A stretch of DNA of 64,000 bases. It comes from an uncultured Chloroflexia bacterium (GTDB taxonomy: Bacteria > Chloroflexota > Limnocylindria > Limnocylindrales > CSP1-4). Below the pieces are notes generated by a model. It was not told the DNA's origin. It was given only the letters and a program-made list of their open reading frames with translations, and ran no database searches. Positions 53,350-62,852 of this stretch are shown in pieces. The stretch is taken from contig CAWEYL010000001.1 of NCBI GenBank assembly GCA_963813335.1, positions 160,001-224,000 on the forward strand. Reading direction: 5' to 3'. Within the stretch, counting starts at the first letter, position 1, and each line of letters starts with the position of its first letter. A program made the position numbers and the translations under genes.

Positions 53350-54576
53350 ATGGACGCCCCGACCGCCCTGCCCGACAGCGCGACGCTCGATGCGCTGCGC
53401 ACCGCCATCGATGCCGACCTGCCCGCCTACCTCGCCGATCTCGAGCGGGTCGTGAACATCGACTGCGGGAGCTACACGCCCGAGGGCGTCAACGTCGTCG
53501 GCCGCTGGACCGCCTCGTTCCTCGAGGGGCTCGGTGGACGCGTGGAGACCCGGCCCGACCCGGCCGGCCGGCTGGGAGACACCGTCGTCACGACGTTCGA
53601 CGGCGATCCGGGCGGCCCGCGGGTGCTCCTGATCGGTCACCTCGACACGGTCTTCGACCCGGGGACCGCCGCGGCGCGGCCGTTCCGCATCGCTGACGGC
53701 ATCGCGACCGGCCCCGGCGTCACCGACATGAAGTCCGGGCTCCTCGCCGGGCTCTACGCGCTCAAGGCGATCATCGGCACGACCGGCGGGCTGCCGTTCG
53801 AGCGCCTGACGTTCGTCGCCAACCCGGACGAGGAGATCGGCTCGCCGACCTCGACCCCGCACATCCGGGCGCTCGCCGCGGACGTCGATGCGGCGCTGGT
53901 CCTCGAGTGCGCCCGCGCCAACGGCGACATCGTCTCGTCGCGCAAGGGCATCCGCGACCTGCGCATCGAGGTCAGCGGCCGCGCCGCCCATGCCGGCGTC
54001 GAGCCCGAGAAGGGGCGGAGCGCGATCCTCGAGGCGGCCCGCATCGTCCGCGACCTGCACGATCTGAACGGCCGGTGGCCGGGCGTGACCGTCAACGTCG
54101 GGGTGATCGCCGGCGGCTCGCGCTTCAACGTGGTCCCCGAGCATTGCCGGCTCGATGTCGACGTCCGCGGCGTCGCCCGGGCGGAGCTCGAGGCGGCCGA
54201 GGCGGAGATCCGCCGGATCGCGGCGGCGACCGTCGTCCCGGACACGACGGTCGAGATCCACGCCGACGCCGGCTGGTGGCCGATGGAGAAGCTCGCCCGC
54301 AGCGCCCGGCTCCTCGAGCACGCGCAGGGCGTCGCCGGCGCGCTCGGCTTCGACCTCGGTGACGCCGCGACCGGCGGCGCCTCGGACGCCAACACCACCT
54401 CCGGCATGGGGATCCCCAGCCTCGACGGGCTCGGCCCGATCGGCGGCAACGACCATTCGCCCGCCGAGTACCTCGAGGTCGATTCGATCGTGCCGCGAAC
54501 GACGCTGCTGGCCGGCCTGCTCCTGGCGATCGCCCACGACCCGCAGGTCCTCGCCTGGCGCGACGCCCCGGGATGA
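53350..54576 (+). CDS. M20-family metallopeptidase (glutamate carboxypeptidase-like)
   Basis: LIGHLDTVF, GPGV.DMKSG, DEEIGS, GRAAHAG, GGASDAN, DGLGP.G..HSP.EY. Confidence 0.9.
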   Translation: MDAPTALPDSATLDALRTAIDADLPAYLADLERVVNIDCGSYTPEGVNVVGRWTASFLEGLGGRVETRPDPAGRLGDTVVTTFDGDPGGPRVLLIGHLDTVFDPGTAAARPFRIADGIATGPGVTDMKSGLLAGLYALKAIIGTTGGLPFERLTFVANPDEEIGSPTSTPHIRALAADVDAALVLECARANGDIVSSRKGIRDLRIEVSGRAAHAGVEPEKGRSAILEAARIVRDLHDLNGRWPGVTVNVGVIAGGSRFNVVPEHCRLDVDVRGVARAELEAAEAEIRRIAAATVVPDTTVEIHADAGWWPMEKLARSARLLEHAQGVAGALGFDLGDAATGGASDANTTSGMGIPSLDGLGPIGGNDHSPAEYLEVDSIVPRTTLLAGLLLAIAHDPQVLAWRDAPG

Positions 54577-54962
54577 CGGACCGTCGCCTGATCTCCTCGG
54601 GCGGGCCGCTCGAAGCGGTCGCCGGCTACAGCCGCGCGGTCGTCGTCGGCGACAGCTGCTGGGTCGCCGGCACCACGGATCTCGGCCCGGACGGGCGGTC
54701 GCGCCACCCGGGCGACGTCACGGCGCAGGCGCGGGCGACGCTCGACATCATCGCGGCGGCTCTGGCGGAGGGCGGCTTCCGCCTCGAGGACGTCGTGCGG
54801 ACCCGGATGTACGTCACGGACGTCGCGCTCGCCCGGGACGTCATGGCGGTCCACGGCGAGGTCTTCGGCGCCATCCGGCCGGCGGCCACGCTGGTCGGGG
54901 TCGCGGCACTGGTGGACCCGAGCCTGCTGGTCGAGATCGAGGTCGACGCCCGCCGGGGTTAG
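54573..54962 (+). CDS. RidA/YjgF-family protein
   Basis: GYSRAV, AGTT, DVVRTRMYV, RPAATLV.V..L...LVEIE. Confidence 0.9.
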   Translation: MTDRRLISSGGPLEAVAGYSRAVVVGDSCWVAGTTDLGPDGRSRHPGDVTAQARATLDIIAAALAEGGFRLEDVVRTRMYVTDVALARDVMAVHGEVFGAIRPAATLVGVAALVDPSLLVEIEVDARRG

Positions 54963-54965
54963 CCC

Positions 54966-55307
54966 CTAGGGCAGCGCCGCCAGTCCGAGGTTGCGGGCCA
55001 CGACGACCACGATCACCGCGGCGGCGAGCCCGAGGAACAGGTTCTTCCGCCACGCGACCAGGCCGAGGCACACGAAGAGCGCCAGCCACTCCACGCCGAC
55101 ATGGAAGGTGGGACCCGATCCTTCTGACGTCGTGACCATGACGGCGACGGCCGCGAGCGCCGCGAGCACGGCCGGCCCGACCAGCTGGAGGTAATCGAGC
55201 ACGACCTTGGGCAGGCGGTCCATCGCCGGCGCGAGGAGGCCGAGCGCCCGCGAGGGATAGGTCACCGCGAACATCAGGACCGCGAGCCAGACGAGGTTCG
55301 TGCTCAT
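54966..55307 (-). CDS. azlD: AzlD-family membrane protein
   Basis: VTY..R..G, LP....L..VGPAVLAAL, with 3-4 TM helices; coupled to azlC. Confidence 0.75.
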   Translation of the reverse strand: MSTNLVWLAVLMFAVTYPSRALGLLAPAMDRLPKVVLDYLQLVGPAVLAALAAVAVMVTTSEGSGPTFHVGVEWLALFVCLGLVAWRKNLFLGLAAAVIVVVVARNLGLAALP

Positions 55308-56137
55308 CGGTCCGGGGCCTCTCCGTCCGCTGGGGGGCCGGAGGGTTCGGCGGGCGCGTCGGGCCCGAGATGCGTCCCCGGCATCGAGTAGATCTCCGCC
55401 GACGCCTCGGATCCGAGCGGCGCGGTCTCATGGGCGACCCGTGCCGGCACCAGCATCCCGACCAACGGCCCGAGGATGCCGCCGGCGATGATCCCGATCG
55501 ACGCGCTGGTTCCCAGTGCGACCAGGACCGCGATCGCCGCGCCGGCCAGCGCCGCGACGATCTCGCGCCGGCCGGTGATCAGGCCGACCGCCAGCCCGAC
55601 CATCGCGGCCGGGAAGATGATGTCGATGCCGAAGCGGGACGGGTCCGGGATCTGCCCACCGAGCAGCACCCCCGCGAGCGTCGCGAGGTTCCAGGGGATG
55701 AAGGTCACGAGGATGGCCGCGATCCAGTAGCCGCGGGTGTCGGCCCAGCCGAGACGGCGGAAGTGGGCGATGGTCAGCGCGTACGCCTCATCGGTCAGGA
55801 GGTGGGCCATCACGACGCGCCGTCGCCGCGGGACGTCGCGCAGCCACGGGGCCAGCGACGCGGAGTAGAGCAGGTGACGGGCGTTGAGCAGGCCGGTCAG
55901 CAGCACGATGCCGGGCCACGGCAATCCGCCGACGACGTAGCCCACGGCCGCGAACTGGGCTGCCCCGGCGAACGCGATCGTGCTCATCGCCATGGCCTCG
56001 ATCGGCGAGAACCCGGCCTGGCGGGCCGAGAGCCCGTAGACGAACGCGAAGCCGATCGCCGAGACCGCGATGCCGACCCCGTCCGTCGCGAGCCGGCGGC
56101 GGCTCGCCCTGACGTCGGGGCCTGCAGCGACGCTCAG
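55304..56137 (-). CDS. azlC: AzlC-family branched-chain amino acid exporter (start codon uncertain)
   Basis: FAGAAQF, LNARHLLYSASL, LLTDEAYA, W..ATL.G, FGID..FPA. Confidence 0.85.
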   Translation of the reverse strand: MSVAAGPDVRASRRRLATDGVGIAVSAIGFAFVYGLSARQAGFSPIEAMAMSTIAFAGAAQFAAVGYVVGGLPWPGIVLLTGLLNARHLLYSASLAPWLRDVPRRRRVVMAHLLTDEAYALTIAHFRRLGWADTRGYWIAAILVTFIPWNLATLAGVLLGGQIPDPSRFGIDIIFPAAMVGLAVGLITGRREIVAALAGAAIAVLVALGTSASIGIIAGGILGPLVGMLVPARVAHETAPLGSEASAEIYSMPGTHLGPDAPAEPSGPPADGEAPDR

Positions 56138-56406
56138 CGCAGGAACGTCTTCGCGCAGGTGCCGTCGCAGACCACGAAGACCGCGTGCTTCTCGACCGCG
56201 TACCCCGCGGCGTGGAGCAGACCCGGGCAGCCCGGGGTCGGGCACTTCCAGACCCACCAGCGCTCGTCCTCGCCGAGCGGCGTCGTCTCGGCGGCCAGCG
56301 TCGCCGCGAGGCCCTCGCGCGCGGCCACGAGCGACGCGATCCGGGCGGCGCGCTCGCCATCGGTCTCGCTCGTGTACGGGTAGTTCTGGCTGACGTTCGA
56401 AGTCAC
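56134..56406 (-). CDS. Small putative zinc-ribbon protein (90 aa)
   Basis: GTG after a GGAGG SD. WKCPTPGC...VCDGTC.KTF gives two Cys pairs. Confidence 0.7.
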   Translation of the reverse strand: MTSNVSQNYPYTSETDGERAARIASLVAAREGLAATLAAETTPLGEDERWWVWKCPTPGCPGLLHAAGYAVEKHAVFVVCDGTCAKTFLR

Positions 56407-56539
56407 CGGCCCCTCCACGGCCCGCCCATCGGACGGCAAGGCCGGTGGCGGCGTCGTGTGAGCGCAGCCTGCCACCGGCGGAGGCGAGTATCGCATATGG
56501 CGGAAGCGAACCACCGTGACCGCATGGTCCTGGGGCCCG

Positions 56540-58210
56540 TCACCAGACGGCTGGCAGCCCGTCGCTGCGAGGGTCCGTGGCGGCCGCGAGCGACCCGTCC
56601 TGGGCCGCCGGGCCCCCGCGGACCAGTTCGATGGCGTGTTCGTGGCCGAGATTCGGATCGAAGGGCTCGACGAGCGTGACCGGGTGCCCGAGCGCGGTCA
56701 GCGACGGCGCGATCCCGGCCACGTGCCGCGGCTCGAGGCGGACCTCGACCGGCGGATCGAAGTGGGCGAGCGGCTCCACGTACCAGCGCGGCGCGGCGAC
56801 CCCGGTCGCGACGTCGACGCCGCCGTCGACGAGTGCCGACACCAGCTGCGCGTGGATCTGCGGCTGGGCGTCGCCGCCCATCGAGCCGGCGACCACCCAC
56901 GGACCCGGCTGGCCGTCCCGGAACAGCATCCCGGGGAGCAGCGTGTGGAGCGTCCGCTTGCCCGGCGCGAGCACGTTGGCGTGCCCCGGGTCGAGGCTGA
57001 AGTACGACCCGCGGTCCTGGTAGTGGATGCCCGTCAGCGGGTCCATGACGCCCGAACCGAAGCCGCGGTAGTTCGATTCGATGAGGCTGACGGCATTGCC
57101 GGCCGCGTCCACCGTCGCGAGGTAGATCGTGCCGCCGCCGCTCGGGTTCGTGGCGTTCGCGGGGCGTGCCGCGCGTCGCGGGTCGATGCGCGCCGCCAGC
57201 TCGGCGGCGTAGGCCGGGTCGAGCAGCCGATCGACGGGGATGTCGCGGAACGCCGGGTCGGTCAGGTGGGCGTCGCGGTCGGCCATGGCGAGCTTCGCGG
57301 CCTCGATGCCGAGGTGGATCCAGGCCGGGTCGGTGACGCCGTTCGGGCCGAATGCGCTCGCCGGCGGCGGCTCGAGCTGGGCGAGGATCGACAGCAGCTC
57401 CAGGGCGACGATGCCCGAGCTGTTCGGCGGATGGCTGGTGACCCGCGTCCCGCGGTAGTCGATGGCGATCGGCTCGCCCCACGTCGAGGTGTGCCCGCGG
57501 AGGTCGTCGAGGGTCAGGAACGCGCCGATGTCCGCGAAGAGGCGCGCCTGCCGCTCGGCGAGGTCGCCCTCGTAGAACGCGTCGAACCCCTCGTCGACCA
57601 GGGTCTCGAGCGTCCCCGCCAGGGCGGGGAGACGCACCCGCTCGCCGGGGAGCCAGGCGCGACCCAGCGGCCGGCAGACCGCGAAGAACCCGGCCTCCGG
57701 CCCGAGCGTGGTCGCGACGGTCGGGGCGAGCTCCTCGACGGCGTCACTGAACGAGCCCGTCGCCGCGAACCCGTCCCGTGCCAATTCGATCGCTGGACCC
57801 AGGATCGCCGCCCGCGACAGCCGGCCGAAGCGCGCGTGGGCGTCGCCCCACGAGCGGACGGCGCCCGGGACGGTGATCGACAGCGGGCCGCGCGCGGGGA
57901 TCTCCGTCAGGCCGCTCGCCCGCAGGAATGCCGCGTCGGCCCTGGACCCGGCCCGCCCCGATCCGTTGAGGGCGGATTGCCGACCCTCGGCCGCATCCCA
58001 GATCAGCCAGAAGGCGTCGCCGCCGATCCCGCAGCTGCTTGGCTCGACCACGCCCAGGACCGCGTTCGTCGCGATCGCTGCGTCGACCGCGGACCCGCCG
58101 GCGCGCAGGACCCCGAGCCCCGCCGCGGTCGCGAGATGGTTCGGCGCGACCACCGCACCGTGGGTGCCGCGCGCCAGCGGCCAGGGGCCCTGGACGCGAG
58201 CCGTGGTCAC
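56540..58210 (-). CDS. ggt: Gamma-glutamyltransferase family (YwrD/HpxW-like)
   Basis: GGSAVDAAIA, GIGGDAF, TVPG, PPNSSG, GTIYL (Thr nucleophile), PGKRTLHTL, GSMGGDAQPQ, DPRSDG. Confidence 0.9.
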   Translation of the reverse strand: MTTARVQGPWPLARGTHGAVVAPNHLATAAGLGVLRAGGSAVDAAIATNAVLGVVEPSSCGIGGDAFWLIWDAAEGRQSALNGSGRAGSRADAAFLRASGLTEIPARGPLSITVPGAVRSWGDAHARFGRLSRAAILGPAIELARDGFAATGSFSDAVEELAPTVATTLGPEAGFFAVCRPLGRAWLPGERVRLPALAGTLETLVDEGFDAFYEGDLAERQARLFADIGAFLTLDDLRGHTSTWGEPIAIDYRGTRVTSHPPNSSGIVALELLSILAQLEPPPASAFGPNGVTDPAWIHLGIEAAKLAMADRDAHLTDPAFRDIPVDRLLDPAYAAELAARIDPRRAARPANATNPSGGGTIYLATVDAAGNAVSLIESNYRGFGSGVMDPLTGIHYQDRGSYFSLDPGHANVLAPGKRTLHTLLPGMLFRDGQPGPWVVAGSMGGDAQPQIHAQLVSALVDGGVDVATGVAAPRWYVEPLAHFDPPVEVRLEPRHVAGIAPSLTALGHPVTLVEPFDPNLGHEHAIELVRGGPAAQDGSLAAATDPRSDGLPAVW

Positions 58211-59487
58211 GCCGGGTTCGTGCCGATCGACGGGAGCTGGTCGAGCTGATGCTCCTGGGCCCGCAGCCGGGCCAGCGGCACGACGGCGATGCCGAGCAGC
58301 GCGAGCGTCGCGATGAACATGCCGTCGATGCCGAGCCAGTCCGCGGCCACGCCCCCGATCAGGCTCCCGACGATCTGGCCGAGCGCAAGGAAGACCGAGT
58401 ACAGGCCCATGATCGCGCCGCGGTCCGTCGGGAAGCGCTCCGACATGTCGGCGAGCAGCCCGAGTGCGGCGGGCGTCGCACCCGCCAGCACGAACAGCCC
58501 GGCTGCCGCGGCCACGCCCGCGACGATCGCCACGACCGGGGCGGCCATCGCGAGGTGGTTCGTGATCAGGCCGGCGATGACCAGGACCGCGCCGCCGCCG
58601 ACGCCGTAGCCGATGATCGTGGTCCGCCGAAGCGCCTTGAACCGGTTGCCCCAGTACAGCAGGCCGGCCCCGAACACGATGGCGACCGCGATCCCGCCGA
58701 TGATGATCTGGTTCGCCGAGAAGCCCACCATCAGGGCCTGGTCGGGGAACCGCGGGTCGCCCTTGGCCAGCTGGAAGAAGGACTGGCTCAACCAGACGCC
58801 GATCGCGGCGTTGAGCGCGATCCAGGTCGGCGCGAGCAGCCAGACGTGCGAGGTCCGGATCAGGTCGAGGTAGCGGCCGATCCGGACGTGCTCGCCCGCG
58901 ACGGCCTCGGCCTCCCCGGCCGGATCCTGCACGCCGAACCGGTAGATGAGGAACGAGACCCCGTACAGCCCGGCGTTGATGAAGAACGCCGGCTGGCCGA
59001 AGAGCTCGAACAACTTGACGCCCACGATCGCCCCGCCGGCGAGACCGGCGAGCGTCACGCCTTCGAAGCGGGCCGCGGTCTGGCCGCGCAGGAGCTCGTT
59101 CCCTGCCGTCGCGAGGGCGATGAAGCCCAGGATCGAGGGCACGCTGGCCGCGCCCGATGCGCCCTCGAGGATCCGTGTCCCGCCGAGGAGGAACAGGTTC
59201 GTGGTCAGGGCGGTGAGGATCACCGCGATCGCGCCGAAGATCGGGCCGAAGAGCATGACCCGGTGGTGCCCGAGACGGTCCGACAGGACGCCGAAGACCG
59301 GCGAGAGGACGAGCTCGGCGAGATAGAACAGGGCCGCGTAGAGGCCGACCACGAACCCGTCGACCGAGGACCCGCCGTGGTCGGGGAGATGGACGAGGTA
59401 GAACGCCAGCATCGAGCCGGTCAGGCCAGTGCTGAAACGGAGCACGAACGTACCGGCCAGGACGGCCCGGAGGGAGCGTTCCATCAC
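58207..59487 (-). CDS. MFS transporter
   Basis: About 12 TM helices; GVLSDRLG, RILEG, RGAIMGLYS. Confidence 0.85.
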   Translation of the reverse strand: MMERSLRAVLAGTFVLRFSTGLTGSMLAFYLVHLPDHGGSSVDGFVVGLYAALFYLAELVLSPVFGVLSDRLGHHRVMLFGPIFGAIAVILTALTTNLFLLGGTRILEGASGAASVPSILGFIALATAGNELLRGQTAARFEGVTLAGLAGGAIVGVKLFELFGQPAFFINAGLYGVSFLIYRFGVQDPAGEAEAVAGEHVRIGRYLDLIRTSHVWLLAPTWIALNAAIGVWLSQSFFQLAKGDPRFPDQALMVGFSANQIIIGGIAVAIVFGAGLLYWGNRFKALRRTTIIGYGVGGGAVLVIAGLITNHLAMAAPVVAIVAGVAAAAGLFVLAGATPAALGLLADMSERFPTDRGAIMGLYSVFLALGQIVGSLIGGVAADWLGIDGMFIATLALLGIAVVPLARLRAQEHQLDQLPSIGTNPA

Positions 59488-59585
59488 CGAAAGCGTAGCG
59501 GCTCCACCGGTCGCGGTGGCGACACCGGGCTGGACCCGGCCCGTATCATGCCCGCAACCCTTGGCGAGACGGCAGGAGGAACCAC

Positions 59586-60431
59586 TTGAGCCGCGTCGCG
59601 ATCTTCACCGATTCCGCGTCGGACATGGACCCGGCCGAAGCCGCCAGCGACGGGATCGAGGTGATCCCGCTGCTCGTCTCGTTCGGCCCCGAGACATTCA
59701 CCGCCGGGGTCGAGCTGTCCGCGGACGCGTTCTGGGAGCGGATGATCGCCCCGGATGCCCCGTTCCCGACGACCGCGGCCTCGTCGCCTGGCGTGTTCAA
59801 GGAGGCCTACGAGGCCGCGTTCGAGGCGGGTGCCGAGGCGATCGTCTCGATCCACGTCGCGGGCACGCTGTCCGGCACGATCAAGAGCGCCCAGGTCGCA
59901 CGCGACATGCTGCCGGACCGCGAGATCCACGTCGTGGACTCGCTCGGCGCATCGATGGCGGAGGGGATCCTCGCACGGATGGGGGTCAAGCTCGCCGACG
60001 ACGGCCGCTCCGCCGCCGACATCGCGGCCACCCTCGAGGCGCGTGCGCCGGACATGCGGATGTACGTGGCCCTCGAGACCCTCGAATACCTGCGCAAGGG
60101 CGGCCGGATCAGTGGCGCGCAGGCCGCCATCGGCACGCTGCTCTCGGTCAAGCCGATCATCGCCGTGACCCACGGCGTCGTGGAGACGGCCGACCGGGTC
60201 CGCACCAGGTCGAAGGCGCGCGAACGGGTCATCGACCTGATCTGCGAGCGGCCGGTCGAATCCCTGGCGATCCTGCACACCGTCACCCCCGACGTCGAGG
60301 CCTTCCGCGACGAGGTCGTGGCGCGTGCCGGCCTGCGCGTCGAGGACGTCTCGATCAACCTCGTCGGCCCGTCCGTCGGGCCTCACTTGGGGCCAGGCTG
60401 CGTCGGAGCGGCTGTTCTCTATCGCGTGTAG
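59586..60431 (+). CDS. DegV-family fatty-acid-binding protein
   Basis: IFTDSASD, PTTAA.SPG, LSGT..SA, VVDS, LEYLRKGGRI, KPII, HLGPG. Confidence 0.92.
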   Translation: MSRVAIFTDSASDMDPAEAASDGIEVIPLLVSFGPETFTAGVELSADAFWERMIAPDAPFPTTAASSPGVFKEAYEAAFEAGAEAIVSIHVAGTLSGTIKSAQVARDMLPDREIHVVDSLGASMAEGILARMGVKLADDGRSAADIAATLEARAPDMRMYVALETLEYLRKGGRISGAQAAIGTLLSVKPIIAVTHGVVETADRVRTRSKARERVIDLICERPVESLAILHTVTPDVEAFRDEVVARAGLRVEDVSINLVGPSVGPHLGPGCVGAAVLYRV

Positions 60432-60540
60432 GCGGGGCCCGCCCATCCGAGCCCGTCGCGGCGTTGGGCGCTGCGCGCGCTCGCTCACGCACCTTGGGGT
60501 GCGCTCGCTCCCGTGCTCGCGCCCGCCTTGCGCCGGGCCC

Positions 60541-60640
60541 GCCTTGGCGGGCCCAAGGCAGTTCGTCTTGGCGGCCGGCTGAGCGGGCCCTAGGCAGTTC
60601 GGTTCGGCGGCCGGCTTGGCGGGCCCAAGGCGGTTCGTTG
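60541..60640. repeat. Three tandem 36-bp units with palindromic core
   Basis: GCGGGCCC cores at 60547, 60583 and 60619. Unit consensus is approximately CTTGGCGGGCCCAAGGCAGTTCG.....GGCGGCCGG. Confidence 0.7.
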
Positions 60641-60851
60641 CGGCATGGTTGCGGCAACCTTGCGGACCGGTACCATCGAGCAGGCGAAATCCGGGGTAGT
60701 CGGGCTATACTTTCGGCCAGATGAGTCGCGCAACGGACCTCCGGCGATCCCGCTGGGACCCGGCCGCTGCGCCCCGTGGGGTCGTCCGGGAGACGACCCG
60801 CGATGACGAGGCGGCACGACGTTGCCGCCCGACGATGAGGTTCCCCCTCCG

Positions 60852-62117
60852 ATGACGACCGAGCACGTCGCGACCGCGATCAACCCCTGGGATGTCGCGC
60901 AGCGACAGTTCGACCTGGCCGCCGAGCGGCTGAACATGGACCCCGGCCTGCGCCGGGTCCTCCGTGAGCCACGCCGCGAGCTGACCGTCCATTTCCCCGT
61001 CCACATGGACGACGGTTCGGTCCAGGTCTTCACCGGCTACCGCGTCCAGCACAACCTCGGGCGCGGCCCCGCCAAGGGCGGCCTGCGCTACCACCAGGAC
61101 GTCGGCCTCGACGAGGTCAAGGCCCTCGCGATGTGGATGACCTGGAAGTGCGCGGTCGTCGGGATCCCGTACGGCGGCGGCAAGGGCGGCGTCATCGTCG
61201 ATCCCAAGCAGCTCAGCCAGAAGGAGCTCGAGGGGCTCACCCGCCGGTTCGCCACCGAGATCGAGGTCCTCATCGGGCCGGAGCGCGACATCCCCGCGCC
61301 GGACGTCAACACCAACGCCCAGGTCATGGCCTGGATCATGGACACCTACTCCATGCACCAGGGCTACACGGTCCCGGGCGTGGTCACCGGCAAGCCGATC
61401 AGCCTCGGCGGGTCGGAAGGCCGCCACGAGGCGACGGCGCGCGGCTGCGTCTTCACGATCATCGAGGCGGCGCACCACCTCGGCATGGACCTGAAGCGCT
61501 CGCGCGTCGCGGTCCAGGGCTTCGGCAACGCCGGCTCGATCGCGGCGCGGCTCATCCGCGAGGAGGGCGCCACGGTCGTGGCCGTGTCCGACTCGACCGG
61601 CGGCATCCACGACCCGGCCGGGCTGGACATCGCCAAGGTCATCGCCTGGAAGGGCGAGCACGGCACCGTCCAGGGCTTCCCCGGCGCGACGGACATCAGC
61701 AACAGCGACCTGCTCGAGGTCGATTGCGACATCCTCATCCCGGCGGCCCTCGAGAACCAGATCACGAGCCGGAACGCCGGCCGGATCCAGGCCCGCCTGA
61801 TCGCCGAGGCCGCCAACGGCCCGACGACGCCAGAGGCCGACGCCGAGCTCTTCCAGGCCGGCAAGTTCATGATCCCGGACATCCTCTGCAACGCCGGCGG
61901 GGTCACCGTCAGCTACTTCGAGTGGGTCCAGGACCTCAACCGCGACCACTGGAGCGAGGCGGTCGTCAACGAGAAGCTCCGCGGGATCATGACCAAGGCC
62001 TTCCACGAGACCCTGGTCATCGCCCAGCGCGAGGCCTGCGACATGCGGACGGCGGCCTACCTGCTGGCCGTCGACCGGGTCGCCGATGCGATGGAGATGC
62101 GCGGCCTCTACCCGTAA
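60852..62117 (+). CDS. gdhA: Glu/Leu/Phe/Val dehydrogenase (glutamate dehydrogenase)
   Basis: GYRVQH, GPAKGGLRY, MTWKCA, PYGGGKGG, DIPAPDV, VTGKP, QGFGNAG, EAANGP, NAGGVTVSYFEW. Confidence 0.93.
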   Translation: MTTEHVATAINPWDVAQRQFDLAAERLNMDPGLRRVLREPRRELTVHFPVHMDDGSVQVFTGYRVQHNLGRGPAKGGLRYHQDVGLDEVKALAMWMTWKCAVVGIPYGGGKGGVIVDPKQLSQKELEGLTRRFATEIEVLIGPERDIPAPDVNTNAQVMAWIMDTYSMHQGYTVPGVVTGKPISLGGSEGRHEATARGCVFTIIEAAHHLGMDLKRSRVAVQGFGNAGSIAARLIREEGATVVAVSDSTGGIHDPAGLDIAKVIAWKGEHGTVQGFPGATDISNSDLLEVDCDILIPAALENQITSRNAGRIQARLIAEAANGPTTPEADAELFQAGKFMIPDILCNAGGVTVSYFEWVQDLNRDHWSEAVVNEKLRGIMTKAFHETLVIAQREACDMRTAAYLLAVDRVADAMEMRGLYP

Positions 62118-62142
62118 ACCGGCGTCCCTGCACCGACGCCAC

Positions 62143-62175
62143 GAAGCCCCGACCGGTCCGACCGGTCGGGGCTTC
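62143..62175 (+). terminator. Perfect GC-rich hairpin after gdh (probable terminator without U-tract)
   Basis: GAAGCCCCGACCGGTC-C-GACCGGTCGGGGCTTC, 25 nt downstream of the stop. Confidence 0.65.
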
Positions 62176-62234
62176 CAGCTGGCCTGACCATCGGGTCCCA
62201 TGGGCGCCCCGGACCGGGTGCTAGGATTCCGGCC

Positions 62235-62840
62235 ATGCTGGACCACGAAGAGAAATTCCTGTTCAAGGAGGAGATCCTCCACCTGGCCAACGCGGTGGCG
62301 GAGCCGGGCATCCTCGACAACGTCGAGGACCTGCTGACCGATGTCATCACGAGCCCCCGCTTCGACTCCGAGGTCTTCACCCTGGAGCGCAGCCTCCAGG
62401 TGATGCTCGGGCCGCGCGCCGGGACCACGCTGGTGGGCCTGCTCACCGTCGCGCCGGAGGTCTTCGACGAGGTCGCCGAGGTGCGCATCCCCTCCGAGGT
62501 CCACGAGCGGCTGATCGCCTGGCGGGCCCGCTTCGGTCTGGCCATCGACAACGCGCTGAACTTCCTGAACAACCCCGACGGCATCCAGGGCCACAACTTC
62601 GCGACCCAGATCGCCCACGTCGAGGAGCGGCGCGTCCTGCAGGGCCGTCTGACGCTCGTCCGCTACAACAACGAGCCCCAGTTCTTCGTCGCCGACGCGA
62701 GCGTGTTCCTCGGCCTCGTCGCCGACATCATGGAGCGCCTCGGCCCGTACCTCGAGCCGGACGCCGTCGACGCCGAGACGCTGTCCCGCCTCCGCGACGC
62801 GATCGCGCAGATCGAGCGCAAGACCGCCTCGCGGCCCTGA
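62235..62840 (+). CDS. Hypothetical protein (201 aa)
   Basis: Strong GC3-biased ORF with TAGGAT 7 nt upstream of the ATG. No recognised family. Confidence 0.75.
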   Translation: MLDHEEKFLFKEEILHLANAVAEPGILDNVEDLLTDVITSPRFDSEVFTLERSLQVMLGPRAGTTLVGLLTVAPEVFDEVAEVRIPSEVHERLIAWRARFGLAIDNALNFLNNPDGIQGHNFATQIAHVEERRVLQGRLTLVRYNNEPQFFVADASVFLGLVADIMERLGPYLEPDAVDAETLSRLRDAIAQIERKTASRP

Positions 62841-62852
62841 CCCGGGCGCCCG

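Noticed and set aside
51565-54537. 990-aa version of the CphA-like ORF, which might supply the missing ATP-grasp domain
   Set aside because: The first ~400 aa are antisense to the M20 peptidase and have no ATP-grasp motifs. The CphA-like signature begins at GTG 53316.
60541-60640. Mini CRISPR array
   Set aside because: The intervening segments are only ~13 bp and resemble each other, and no cas genes are present.
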